Positions 48,701-57,598 of a DNA stretch of 64,000 nucleotides are shown one piece after another (position 1 is the first letter of the stretch; each line of letters starts with the position of its first letter). The DNA comes from an uncultured Rhodospirillaceae bacterium (GTDB taxonomy: Bacteria > Pseudomonadota > Alphaproteobacteria > GCA-2731375), in NCBI GenBank assembly GCA_964631725.1, contig CAZVYX010000027.1:1624-65623 (forward strand). Reading direction: 5' to 3'. The translations under genes and the position numbers were made by a program. Under the pieces are notes generated by a model. It saw only the letters and a program-made list of their open reading frames with translations, was not told the origin of the DNA and did no database searches.

Positions 48701-49021
48701 GACGTCGCGCAGATCCTCCGGATCGAGTCGCTGCGACAGCGCGGTGGAACCGACCAGATCACAGAACATGACAGTCAACTGCCGCCGATCCGCCGCCGCG
48801 CCGGGCACGGCGGCGGCCGTGGCTGCCGTTGGCGCGGCACCGGCAAGGTCGGCGGCCGCCTTCCGCAGTTTCTTGCGATGGCCAAGCGAGAGCCCGAGTT
48901 CCTTCAACTCATCGTCGGTAAGATCGGGAAGAACGTCGAAATCGAGGTCGTTTTCGGCGAACAGATCAGCGTGTTTGCCGAGACCGAGCCCTTCCAGCCA
49001 ATGCCGGATATCAGCCGCCAT
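45731..49021 (-). CDS. multidomain signalling protein: SAM domain + class III adenylate/guanylate cyclase + STAND P-loop NTPase + TPR-like repeats
   Basis: N-terminal SAM (LGLGKHADLFAENDLDFDVLPDLTDDELKELGL). Cyclase core (RQLTVMFCDLVGST...GIASGQVVVGD...NRAARLQ). Walker A VSGEAGIGKS. Long helical repeat C-terminus. 1096 aa. Confidence 0.7.
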   Translation of the reverse strand: MAADIRHWLEGLGLGKHADLFAENDLDFDVLPDLTDDELKELGLSLGHRKKLRKAAADLAGAAPTAATAAAVPGAAADRRQLTVMFCDLVGSTALSQRLDPEDLRDVMRRYQDAVAGAVTRYGGHVAKFLGDGVLAYFGWPQAHEDQAERAVRSGLAAIEAVRTVQTNTGENLAARVGIASGQVVVGDLVGEGGMDADAVTGATPNRAARLQQVGDPGHVIICAATRELVGQTFHMTALPPQNLKGFAEPVPAWLVGDEAATVSRFEAAHGQSRLPFIGHQGELNMLLDRWETAKGGEGQVVMVSGEAGIGKSRLTQALYENLASQQHLRLRYQCAPYHDNSAYYPIIRQLEYAAGLAPDDNAGAKLDKLESLLDKVGDADAAVRPLFAALLSIPHEDRYGAIALEPLQRKQRTETAIIDHLMGLAAQQPVLAVFEDVHWIDPTTLGLLQQVIEAMTSAAVLLVITHRPEFTPPWGDLASVTSLPIRRLSQTQVEEMIRGVGGADLSSDKIKHIMAHGDGVPLYIEELTHNLANASDEADSGEVPANLQASLTARLDRVGGAKRTAEIAAIIGREVSHQLLAAASPLSEGDLRHDLDILLGSGLLWRDERGREVHYVFKHALVQDAAYQMLLRERRRTIHADVARALETDFPNRAETEPELLAHHYDAGQEPERAAHLWLRAGRQSLGRSAVAEATVQAKHGLAALERVSGSREHDSLEIDLQICLALASMAHLGYGAEETEWAYQRARDLLAGFTDDPRHITVLHGFCALYGSLSRFHDFLDISRELLDRAERSGNGEAICVGHRCMAVGYNSRGEFAEAHEASLKAIEYFDPRTHRDSTQRFPHDIGVAAKMHLAIATQFLGHGQQAARLVEDGLALAHELKHQNTLGFAYHWACLVRLTGNQLAATVSTAETMTKISIEAANPNWLDHSRLMHGAALAASADTAALGVEQIEASLEIALHEYMRTIYQCFQARGLLHLGRHEQAGELIERCLCVVGDTAERWWEAELHRIHGEVRHAQGGDAEICFQRAIEVARRQAAKLLELRAASSLAELWLDQGKRDAARELVMPIHGWFTEGLDAPDLLAAQALLDKLA

Positions 49022-49133
49022 GCGATTTCCTCCGCCGCCATCGTATCAGACAAACCTGATGGGTAGGAGAGCTTTCCGACCGGGGCCTCCCTTTCGGCGG
49101 GGGACCGGATCCCATCGGACAAAACAGGCAAAC

Positions 49134-49162
49134 AAAAAGCCGGCCAAATTGGCCGGCTTTTT
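49134..49162. terminator. bidirectional rho-independent terminator (GCCGGCC-aaatt-GGCCGGC flanked by A and T tracts)
   Basis: aaaaagccggccaaattggccggcttttt. Confidence 0.6.
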
Positions 49163-49183
49163 GCCGTCAATATTTGCTACACC

Positions 49184-49419
49184 TTAGCGGCGCAAAAACG
49201 GCTCGGTGACGAACTTGCCAGGCACCATGACCATGGCGACATGGGGCGCGGGGACGGCGGCTGTATGCGCCGGTCTATCCTTGCCAGGTTTCGCCAGGCG
49301 CTCGGACAGGGAGATCAGGGCCGAGGCGATGATATTGGCGATCGGGGCAATGGTGTCGCTCAAGGTTGATACCAGCAGGGCGCTGGGGGCAATGGGGGCA
49401 TTGAACTTTTGATGGGTCA
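49184..49419 (-). CDS. small hypothetical protein (78 aa)
   Basis: ATG at 49419 follows the RBS-like GGGAGA. The terminator lies just downstream. No recognisable family. Confidence 0.35.
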
Positions 49420-49689
49420 TGGCAGATCTCCCTTGTTTGATGCGCATGAACAAATCCGGTTTCATCGGGCTCATATAGGCCTGGTTGCGGCATAGGAAAC
49501 GCGCCAATATTGCATTGCTGCCCTGCGAAAATTGCATGCCTGAAGCGTCCGGATTCGTCTCGAGTGAAGGGCGATTTTTCCAACTGACCTAATGGAAAAT
49601 TCTGTGTTACAGTCCGGCCATAAACCAACAAAGACGGTCACGGGAAAATCCCGGACCTGACAATGAAAATACCGGGGTGGTGGGGTCTC

Positions 49690-50784
49690 ATGTCAGAAGC
49701 GTCGGATACGCTTGTAAGGTTCGAGTCGGTTCAGAAAAGCTATGACGGCGAAATCCTCGTCGTGAAGGATTTCAATCTGGACGTCGCCCGCGGCGAATTC
49801 GTCACCATGCTGGGCCCCTCGGGATCCGGCAAGACAACCTGCCTGATGATGCTGGCGGGCTTCGAGCCGGCCACCCATGGCGAAATCTATCTCGATGGTG
49901 TCCCCATCAACAATGTGCCGCCGCACAAGCGGGGCATAGGCATGGTCTTCCAGAATTACGCCCTGTTTCCCCACATGACGGTGGCGGAGAACCTGGCGTT
50001 TCCCCTGCAGGTACGGGGCCTGAACAAATCCGAAATATCGGAGAAAGTGAACGGCGCCCTGGACATGGTCCGTCTGGGCGGTTTTGGCGACCGACGTCCG
50101 GCGCAGCTTTCCGGCGGCCAGCAGCAGCGGGTCGCGGTGGCCCGCGCCCTGGTTTTTAGGCCGCAACTGGTGCTGATGGACGAACCCCTGGGCGCCCTGG
50201 ATAAGAATCTGCGCGAAGAGATGCAATACGAGATCAAGCATATCCACGAGGATCTGCAGGTCACCATGGTGTATGTGACCCATGATCAGTCCGAGGCGCT
50301 GACCATGTCGAACCGTATCGCCGTGTTCGATGATGGCATCGTGCAGCAACTGGCCCCCCCCGATGAGCTGTATGAAAAACCCATGAACGCTTTTGTCGCC
50401 GGCTTCATCGGCGAGAACAACAGGCTGTTTGGCCAGGTCAAGGCCGTCGACGGGGATTTCTGCCAGGTCGAATTGGAAGGTGGCGGCGGCATGGTCAAGG
50501 CGTTGTGCGTCAATGTGGATGGCGTCGGCGCGCGCACGACTTTGTCTCTTCGACCCGAACGGGTAACCATCGGGGCGGCGGAGGGGGAATCAACCAATTC
50601 CCTTGAGGCCACGGTCGAGGAACTGATTTATCTCGGCGATCACATCCGCAGCCGGGTCAGCCTTTCCGGCAACGATGAATTCATCGTCAAAGTGCCCAAT
50701 TCGCACGGCCATGTGCATCTAAAGGAAGGTGAAACGACCCAGATCGGCTGGGAGGCGGAGGACTGCCGCGCATTGGATGCGTGA
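49690..50784 (+). CDS. ABC transporter ATP-binding protein (PotA-like, polyamine/opine type)
   Basis: Walker A GPSGSGKTT, signature LSGGQQQRVA, C-terminal TOBE-like domain. Confidence 0.85.
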   Translation: MSEASDTLVRFESVQKSYDGEILVVKDFNLDVARGEFVTMLGPSGSGKTTCLMMLAGFEPATHGEIYLDGVPINNVPPHKRGIGMVFQNYALFPHMTVAENLAFPLQVRGLNKSEISEKVNGALDMVRLGGFGDRRPAQLSGGQQQRVAVARALVFRPQLVLMDEPLGALDKNLREEMQYEIKHIHEDLQVTMVYVTHDQSEALTMSNRIAVFDDGIVQQLAPPDELYEKPMNAFVAGFIGENNRLFGQVKAVDGDFCQVELEGGGGMVKALCVNVDGVGARTTLSLRPERVTIGAAEGESTNSLEATVEELIYLGDHIRSRVSLSGNDEFIVKVPNSHGHVHLKEGETTQIGWEAEDCRALDA

Positions 50785-50869
50785 CAAAGCTTGACGGCAA
50801 CGACAAACAGGCCCGGTTCAACGGGACGGATTGAAGACAATGAAACCAAAACAAGGGAGAACCAAAGCA

Positions 50870-51961
50870 ATGAAACAAATCTTGAAAACATCGGCGATCG
50901 CGATCGCCTGCGTGGCCATATCAGGCCTCGCATCGACGGCCCAGGCCGCCGAATTGAATGTTGTGTCATGGGGCGGCGCCTATACGGCCAGCCAGATGAA
51001 GGCCTATCACAAGCCATACACCAAAATGACCGGCACCAAGATCAATTCGATTGATTACAGTGGCGGCCTGGCCGAAATGCGGGCCCAGACCGAAGCCAAC
51101 AACGTCACCTGGGACGTCGTCGACGTGGTTATTTCCGACGCCATCACGGGCTGCGACGAAGGCATGTTCCGGCCCATCAACATCGACAAGGAAATGGCTA
51201 AGGCGCCAGACGGCACGGCGGCCTCCAAGGATTTCCTGGACGGCACCCTGCAGTCGGAATGCTTCGTGCCGCTGATCATCTATTCCACGGTTTTCGCCTA
51301 TCGTGACGACGCCTGGGGTGGCAAAAAGCCGACCTCGATCAAGGATGTTTTCGACACCAAGAACTTCCCCGGCAAACGCACCTTGCAGAAAAGCCCGGTG
51401 AACAATCTGGAATGGGCCTTGTTGGCGGATGGCGTTCCCCTGAGCAAAGTCTACGACGTGCTCGATACCGATGCCGGCAAGGACCGTGCCTTCGCCAAGC
51501 TGGCGACGATCAAGAAAGACGTGGTCTGGTGGACGGAAGGCGCGGTGCCGCCGCAGCTTCTGGCCGATGGCGAGGCCGTTTTCGGCACCGGTTACAACGG
51601 CCGCTGGTTCTCGGCCATTGCCGAGGAAAAGCAGCCTTTCGCCATGCTGTGGGATGGCCAGGTGCTGGATATTGACGGCTATGTGGTTTCCGCCAAGAGC
51701 AAGAATTTGGACGAGGCCATGAAGTATTTGAAATTCGCCACCGATACCCAACGGCTGGCGGATCAGGCCAAGTACATCTCCTATGGCCCGGCGCGCAAAT
51801 CATCGGGTCCGATGGTTGCCAAGCATGCCGAACTGGGCATCGAAATGGGTCCCCATATGCCGACAAAGTATGCGGACCAGGGCTTCCTCACCAACTTTGC
51901 CTGGTGGGCCGATAATGCCGACGAAATGAAGGAGCGTTTCGCGGCCTGGCTGTTGCAATAG
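50870..51961 (+). CDS. ABC transporter periplasmic substrate-binding protein (PotD/PotF-like)
   Basis: Signal peptide MKQILKTSAIAIACVAISGLASTAQA. The track ORF began at a TTG at 50831. Confidence 0.8.
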   Translation: MKQILKTSAIAIACVAISGLASTAQAAELNVVSWGGAYTASQMKAYHKPYTKMTGTKINSIDYSGGLAEMRAQTEANNVTWDVVDVVISDAITGCDEGMFRPINIDKEMAKAPDGTAASKDFLDGTLQSECFVPLIIYSTVFAYRDDAWGGKKPTSIKDVFDTKNFPGKRTLQKSPVNNLEWALLADGVPLSKVYDVLDTDAGKDRAFAKLATIKKDVVWWTEGAVPPQLLADGEAVFGTGYNGRWFSAIAEEKQPFAMLWDGQVLDIDGYVVSAKSKNLDEAMKYLKFATDTQRLADQAKYISYGPARKSSGPMVAKHAELGIEMGPHMPTKYADQGFLTNFAWWADNADEMKERFAAWLLQ

Positions 51962-52056
51962 GGCAGACAATTTGGTGCGCGGGGCAGGGTGACCTGTCCC
52001 GCCACCAGTATTGTCAGATTTGTTTTGTTAATTGTTGATCTGACGGGGGCGAAGGG

Positions 52057-53319
52057 ATGACGGATCAAACTGCGGACGGCGGGATCGTTCTTGCCGCTGA
52101 CGGCACGCCACTAAAGGCCAGCCTGAACCGTGCCTTGCGCAGAAACCGCATTCGCGCCGTGATGTTGGTGGCGCCGCTGTTGCTGTTTATTTTGTTCTCT
52201 TTCCTGATCCCTATTTTCGATATGACGTTCCGTAGCGTCGACAATTGGCATGTGGGCACCTTGATGCCCAAGACCACCGCCGCTTTGGCGGATTGGGATG
52301 GCAAGGATCTGCCCGAGGAGCCGGTGTTCGTGGCCCTGGTCGCGGACCTGCAGGCCGGTGCCAAATCACGCCAGATTGGCAAGGTGGGCACGCGGCTGAA
52401 CTATGAAAAATCCGGCTTGCGCGGCATGATCACCAGTTCGGCGCGGAAATCCAAGAAGCTCAAGGAGGGACCGTACAAGGCCAAGGTCCTGAAAATGCAC
52501 AAGAAGTGGCGGGATTTGGAAACCTGGGCCGTGATCAAGCGCAATACCGCGCCCTATACGGTCGGGTACTATCTGAACGCCGTCGATATGAAATATGACA
52601 AGAACGGCGAAATTGTCATGCAGCCGGAAAACCGGCGCATCTATGGCAAATTGTTCCTCCGCACCTTCGCGATCAGCCTGGCGATCACGGTAATCTGCGT
52701 CATCCTGGCCTATCCCATATCCTTTCTGCTGGCGACGCTGCCGTTGCGCTATTCCAACCTGCTGATGATTTTTGTCCTGCTGCCGTTCTGGACCTCGTTG
52801 CTGGTGCGGACCACGGCCTGGATCGCGATGCTGCAAAGCCAGGGTGTCCTGAACGATCTGTTCGTTTTCTTTGGCATGGTGGACGATCAAAACCGTTTGC
52901 AGCTGATCCATAATCTGACCGGCACGATCATTGCCATGACCCATATTCTGCTGCCCTTCATGGTGCTGCCGCTCTACAGCGTCATGAAAACAATTCCGCC
53001 CACCTATATGCGCGCCGCCCTGTCGCTGGGCGCCAATCCGGTCGTCGCCTTTGTTCGGGTTTATATGCCGCAAACTCTGTCGGGCATCGGCGCGGGCAGT
53101 ATTTTGGTCTTCATTCTGTCGATCGGCTATTACATCACGCCAGCGTTGGTCGGTGGCACCGACGGCACGCTGATTTCCAACCAGATCGCCTATCACATGC
53201 AGTCTTCCCTGAATTGGGGTCTGGCCGGCGCGCTGGGCGCCATCTTGTTGGCTTCGGTGCTGGCGCTGTATCTGCTGTACAACAGAATTGTCGGCATCGA
53301 TAACATGAGGCTGGGATAG
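52057..53319 (+). CDS. ABC transporter permease (PotB-like with ~130-aa N-terminal extension)
   Basis: EAA-like loop region and six TM helices. Confidence 0.8.
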   Translation: MTDQTADGGIVLAADGTPLKASLNRALRRNRIRAVMLVAPLLLFILFSFLIPIFDMTFRSVDNWHVGTLMPKTTAALADWDGKDLPEEPVFVALVADLQAGAKSRQIGKVGTRLNYEKSGLRGMITSSARKSKKLKEGPYKAKVLKMHKKWRDLETWAVIKRNTAPYTVGYYLNAVDMKYDKNGEIVMQPENRRIYGKLFLRTFAISLAITVICVILAYPISFLLATLPLRYSNLLMIFVLLPFWTSLLVRTTAWIAMLQSQGVLNDLFVFFGMVDDQNRLQLIHNLTGTIIAMTHILLPFMVLPLYSVMKTIPPTYMRAALSLGANPVVAFVRVYMPQTLSGIGAGSILVFILSIGYYITPALVGGTDGTLISNQIAYHMQSSLNWGLAGALGAILLASVLALYLLYNRIVGIDNMRLG

Positions 53320-53323
53320 AACC

Positions 53324-54175
53324 ATGGCCCTACCATCCTATGCAGGTCCGGTGGAGACGGCGTGGTACTATGGCTTCCGCCTGATTTGCGCCTTCATCTT
53401 CATCTTCCTGATCACGCCGATCCTGGTGATCATCCCCTTGAGTTTCAATGTGGAGCCCTACTTCACCTTTACCCAGGGCATGCTGTCGCTCGATCCCGAG
53501 GCCTACTCCCTGCGCTGGTATGACGATTTCATCTCCAACACGCAGTGGACCCATTCGGTCAAGAATAGTTTCATCATCGCCATCGCCGCGACCATATTGG
53601 CGACCATTCTGGGGACCTTGGCCGCCCTGGGCTTGAGTAATGCCAACATGCCGTTCCGCTCGCTGACCATGGGGCTGCTGATCTCGCCGATGATCGTGCC
53701 GTTGATCATTTCGGCGGCGGGGATGTATTTCTTTTATTCCAACATCGGCCTGGACCAGACCTTTCTTGGCATCATTCTGGCCCATACCGCATTGGGCACG
53801 CCGTTCGTGGTGATTACGGTGACCGCGACCTTGGTTGGGTTTGATCACTCCCTGACCAGAGCCTCCGCCAGCCTGGGCGCCAATCCGACCATCACTTTTT
53901 TCAAGATCATCATGCCGCTGATTTTGCCCGGCGTGATCTCCGGCGCCTTGTTCGCCTTCATCACGTCTTTCGACGAGGTCGTCGTGGTGCTGTTCCTGGC
54001 CGGCTTCGACCAACGCACCATTCCAAGGCAGATGTGGTCCGGTATCCGGGAACAGATCAGTCCGACCATTCTGGCCGTGGCGACCATATTGGTGATGATC
54101 TCCGTCGCTTTGCTTGCGACACTGGAATTGCTGCGCCGGCGCAGCGAACGACTGCGCGGCATGACGCCGGGCTAG
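53324..54175 (+). CDS. ABC transporter permease (PotC-like)
   Basis: 283 aa, six TM helices. Confidence 0.8.
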   Translation: MALPSYAGPVETAWYYGFRLICAFIFIFLITPILVIIPLSFNVEPYFTFTQGMLSLDPEAYSLRWYDDFISNTQWTHSVKNSFIIAIAATILATILGTLAALGLSNANMPFRSLTMGLLISPMIVPLIISAAGMYFFYSNIGLDQTFLGIILAHTALGTPFVVITVTATLVGFDHSLTRASASLGANPTITFFKIIMPLILPGVISGALFAFITSFDEVVVVLFLAGFDQRTIPRQMWSGIREQISPTILAVATILVMISVALLATLELLRRRSERLRGMTPG

Positions 54176-55323
54176 CGCACGGCCAGTTCAAGCGGGGCCG
54201 AGGATAGTCTTTCGTTGCCGTCATTGGTGACGATTACCGTTTCGCCCAAGGTCATGGCCTGGCCGGCGGCGCTGTCCATTAGGATCATGTGCAAGAAAAA
54301 CACCATTCCCGGCGCGGCGATAACGGGATTGCCGTGATAGAGCATTGGACTATCCATCCAGATCGGCGCGAAAACCGCACCCATGGAATAGCCGCAGGCA
54401 TTCATGCGGGCGTGCTTCAGGCCCGCGTCGTCCATGACCCTGGCGTGGGCATCGAAGACGCCGCCGATTGGCTGGCCAACCGTCAGGGCGGCCTTGCAGG
54501 CCGCCAACGCCTCGGCACTGGCTTCATACATATGCAATTGGTGCGGTGATGGGTCGCCGACGACGATCGTGCGCATCATGCAGGAATGGTAATGGCGGTA
54601 GGCACCCGCGAATTCCAGCGTCAATTGATCTTGCGGCTGCAAGACCTTCCGCCCCGTGAAATAGCGGCACAGCAGCGCGTCCGCGCCCGAGCCGATGATG
54701 AATTCGTTGCCGGCGTAATCACCGCCGCCGCGAAACACCGCACCCTGCATCGCGGCGAGTATATCGCCCTCGTCAGCGCCAGCGGCCGTCGTCGCGAGCG
54801 CCTGGTGCCAAGCGTCATCGGCAAGTTCGCCGGCCCGGCGTATGTAGTCCAGCTCCCTCGGGCTCTTTACCATGCGCTGTATGCTGACCAAGTCGGAAGC
54901 ATCTTCAAGGCTGCAAAACCCGTCCAGGGTGGCGTTCAAAATCATGCCGTTCTTGGCATTCAGGCCATAGGCGTCATATTCGACCCCCAGGCGCTGGCCG
55001 GCGCAGCCATGGCTCTGCAAGATCGCCTTTAGATCATCGCACGGCGTCACGCCGTCGCCGTCAACCCAAATCCGGATATCTTCGATAATGGACGTGTTCT
55101 GGGCCTGCCGCAGGTCGGGCGCCCGGGTCAGCAACGTCAACTGCCCGTCGAGGCCAAGATATAGGCATTGAAAGAAACAAAACCCAAATGTGTCATAGCC
55201 GCTTAGATAATACATACTTTCCTGGCGGAACATCAAAAGGCCGTCCAGGCCGCGATCCCGCAGCATTGAAACCGTTGCCGAAATCCGCTGCCGATATTCC
55301 GAAACCTCAAAATGTAAAGCCAT
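54172..55323 (-). CDS. M24-family (creatinase/prolidase fold) metallohydrolase
   Basis: Pita-bread fold motifs; 383 aa. Confidence 0.7.
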   Translation of the reverse strand: MALHFEVSEYRQRISATVSMLRDRGLDGLLMFRQESMYYLSGYDTFGFCFFQCLYLGLDGQLTLLTRAPDLRQAQNTSIIEDIRIWVDGDGVTPCDDLKAILQSHGCAGQRLGVEYDAYGLNAKNGMILNATLDGFCSLEDASDLVSIQRMVKSPRELDYIRRAGELADDAWHQALATTAAGADEGDILAAMQGAVFRGGGDYAGNEFIIGSGADALLCRYFTGRKVLQPQDQLTLEFAGAYRHYHSCMMRTIVVGDPSPHQLHMYEASAEALAACKAALTVGQPIGGVFDAHARVMDDAGLKHARMNACGYSMGAVFAPIWMDSPMLYHGNPVIAAPGMVFFLHMILMDSAAGQAMTLGETVIVTNDGNERLSSAPLELAVR

Positions 55324-55383
55324 GATTTGCCTACTCGATCTTTCGATGCTGATTGATTGCCGGTGTCCGGAACGGGACCATAG

Positions 55384-56373
55384 TCACATTTCGACCGCGA
55401 CGACCGCGATCATGTCGCCCATGGATATCAGGCCTGGCGCGTGACGGCCGGCGAAGATGCCGTCAATGGCGCTGCAATAGGAAACCGGTTCGGCTCCCGT
55501 CCGTTCCACATCATGTATGCGGGCGAGGACCTGCCCCTTCGCAACCACATCACCAAGCTCGACGTGGACCTCCAGCAGGCCCGTGGTTTCACTCAAAACA
55601 AAACAGCGTTGATCCGGCATCTCCAGACGCACGCTCGGTGACTGTTCCAAGGCGCCGGCCATGATGCCCGCATGCCGCAAGACGTTATTGACGCCCCTTT
55701 TGGCGATGGCGACCGTGTCCGGATAGGCCGTGCCGCCGCCGCCCAGTTCCGTGGTGATAAAGGTCTTGCCCATCGCTTCCGCCGCGCTGTCGTACAGCCC
55801 GGTGCCATCAGGTTCGATCATCATCACCGAATAGGGTGCGTTGAAGGCGGCCATGGCATCCACGCAGCGCCCCTGCTGTGCCTTGTCGTCAAGCACATGG
55901 GCGGCGCAAAACGGGATAAACTCCAGGGACTTGCCGCCGGAATGCAGGTCGATCACATAATCTGCCAGGGGCAACAGATGGCGTTGGAAATAATCCGCGA
56001 TCTTTTCCGTCGCGCCGCCGTCAGGGGCGCCGGGGAACAGGCGGTTTAGATTGCCGCCATCCAGGGGTGAGGTGCGGCGGGCCGATCGGAAGGCGGGATA
56101 ATTCATCGCCGGCACAATAATGACCCGGCCGGAAAGCTCGTCCGCGCTTATTCGGGCGGCCAGGTCAAACAGCGCGATGGGACCTTCATATTCGTCGCCA
56201 TGATTGCCCCCGGTCGCAAGCAAGGTCGGCCCGGCCCCGTTCCGGGCCACGGTAAGCGGGATCATGATGGAGCCCCAGGCCGACGCATCGGAGGAGTAGG
56301 GTAATTTCAAGAAGCCGTGTTGCACGCCGTCCCTGGCGAAATCAACCGTTGCCGTGATCGGGCTTTCGCGCAT
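55384..56373 (-). CDS. AstE/AspA (succinylglutamate desuccinylase/aspartoacylase) family deacylase; DoeB-like candidate
   Basis: GGNHGDEYEG zinc motif; 329 aa. Confidence 0.65.
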   Translation of the reverse strand: MRESPITATVDFARDGVQHGFLKLPYSSDASAWGSIMIPLTVARNGAGPTLLATGGNHGDEYEGPIALFDLAARISADELSGRVIIVPAMNYPAFRSARRTSPLDGGNLNRLFPGAPDGGATEKIADYFQRHLLPLADYVIDLHSGGKSLEFIPFCAAHVLDDKAQQGRCVDAMAAFNAPYSVMMIEPDGTGLYDSAAEAMGKTFITTELGGGGTAYPDTVAIAKRGVNNVLRHAGIMAGALEQSPSVRLEMPDQRCFVLSETTGLLEVHVELGDVVAKGQVLARIHDVERTGAEPVSYCSAIDGIFAGRHAPGLISMGDMIAVVAVEM

Positions 56374-56377
56374 GAAG

Positions 56378-57559
56378 CTAGTCCTTCACCAGAAGTTTTC
56401 TCGGAACGTCGGCCAGCAACTCGGGCGCGCCGTCGGTGATGACGATGCTTTCGGTGGTCTCCATACCCCAATCCTGCATCCACAATCCCGTCATGAAATG
56501 GAAGGTCATGCCGGCCTCAAGCACGCTGCGGTCGCCCCGCCGCAGGCTCATGGTCCGTTCGCCCCAATCGGGCGGATAACTAATGCCGATGGGGTAGCCG
56601 GCCCGGTTATCCTTCGTGATGCCATATGTCTCCAGCACCTTGAAAAACGCATTGGCGATATCTTCGCAGCGCTGCCCGGCGCGGGCCTGCTCCAACCCCG
56701 CATCCATACCTTCCAGAACTGCCTTGTCGGCATCCAGGAAGGTCTGGGGCGGCTGGCCAAGAAAAATCGTTCTCGATAAGGGAACATGATAGCGGCGATG
56801 GCAGCCGGCAATTTCAAAGAATGTCCCTTCGCCCGCCTTCATGGGCCTGTCGTCCCAAGTGAGATGGGGCGCGGCGGCGTCACTGCCCGATGGCAACAAG
56901 GGCACGATTGCCGGGTAATCGCCGCCATGGCCATCCGCGCCCTTGATACCCGTGGCATAAATTTCCGCCACAAGTTCGTTTTTGGCCATGCCGGGCTCAA
57001 TCACTTCGGCGATGCGTTCGTGCATTTTCCCGACAATGGCCCCCGCGCGGCGCATATAGATCAGCTCCTGCTCCGATTTGACGGCGCGGCACCAATTGAC
57101 CAGCGCGGTAGCGTCATGGAATGCCGCGTTGGGCAAATGGCGAACCAGCGAGGCGTAGGCAGCAGCCGAAAAATAGTAGTTGTCCATCTCGACGCCGATG
57201 CGAAGCTTGTCCCAATTGCGGTCCGCCATGATGCCGCTCAAATGGTCCATGGGGTGACGTTCTTGTGACTGCACATAGTGGTCGGGGTAGGAAAGGATAT
57301 TGGCCTCGTCCATGTATACCGTGCGCAGGGCGCCGTTGGCATCCTGCCGCCGGCCGTACCATATTGGCTCGCCCTCGAGGGCCAGCAGGACGCATTGGTG
57401 CACATAGAACGACCAGCCGTCATAGCCGGTCAGCCAGGCAATGTTTGAGGGATCGCTTACAATCAAGAGCTCGACCCCCATTGCGCTCATTGCGTTTCGG
57501 GCCTTGGCGATCCGCTCGGCGTATTCTCCGCTGCTGAATGGAAGTTCCACGTCCGGCAT
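56378..57559 (-). CDS. M24-family hydrolase; DoeA (ectoine hydrolase)-like candidate
   Basis: 393 aa. Directly upstream of the AstE/AspA gene, as in doeA-doeB pairs. Confidence 0.6.
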   Translation of the reverse strand: MPDVELPFSSGEYAERIAKARNAMSAMGVELLIVSDPSNIAWLTGYDGWSFYVHQCVLLALEGEPIWYGRRQDANGALRTVYMDEANILSYPDHYVQSQERHPMDHLSGIMADRNWDKLRIGVEMDNYYFSAAAYASLVRHLPNAAFHDATALVNWCRAVKSEQELIYMRRAGAIVGKMHERIAEVIEPGMAKNELVAEIYATGIKGADGHGGDYPAIVPLLPSGSDAAAPHLTWDDRPMKAGEGTFFEIAGCHRRYHVPLSRTIFLGQPPQTFLDADKAVLEGMDAGLEQARAGQRCEDIANAFFKVLETYGITKDNRAGYPIGISYPPDWGERTMSLRRGDRSVLEAGMTFHFMTGLWMQDWGMETTESIVITDGAPELLADVPRKLLVKD

Positions 57560-57598
57560 CTTCTAACCACCATGGTCGATGTCTCAAGTCACCATACC

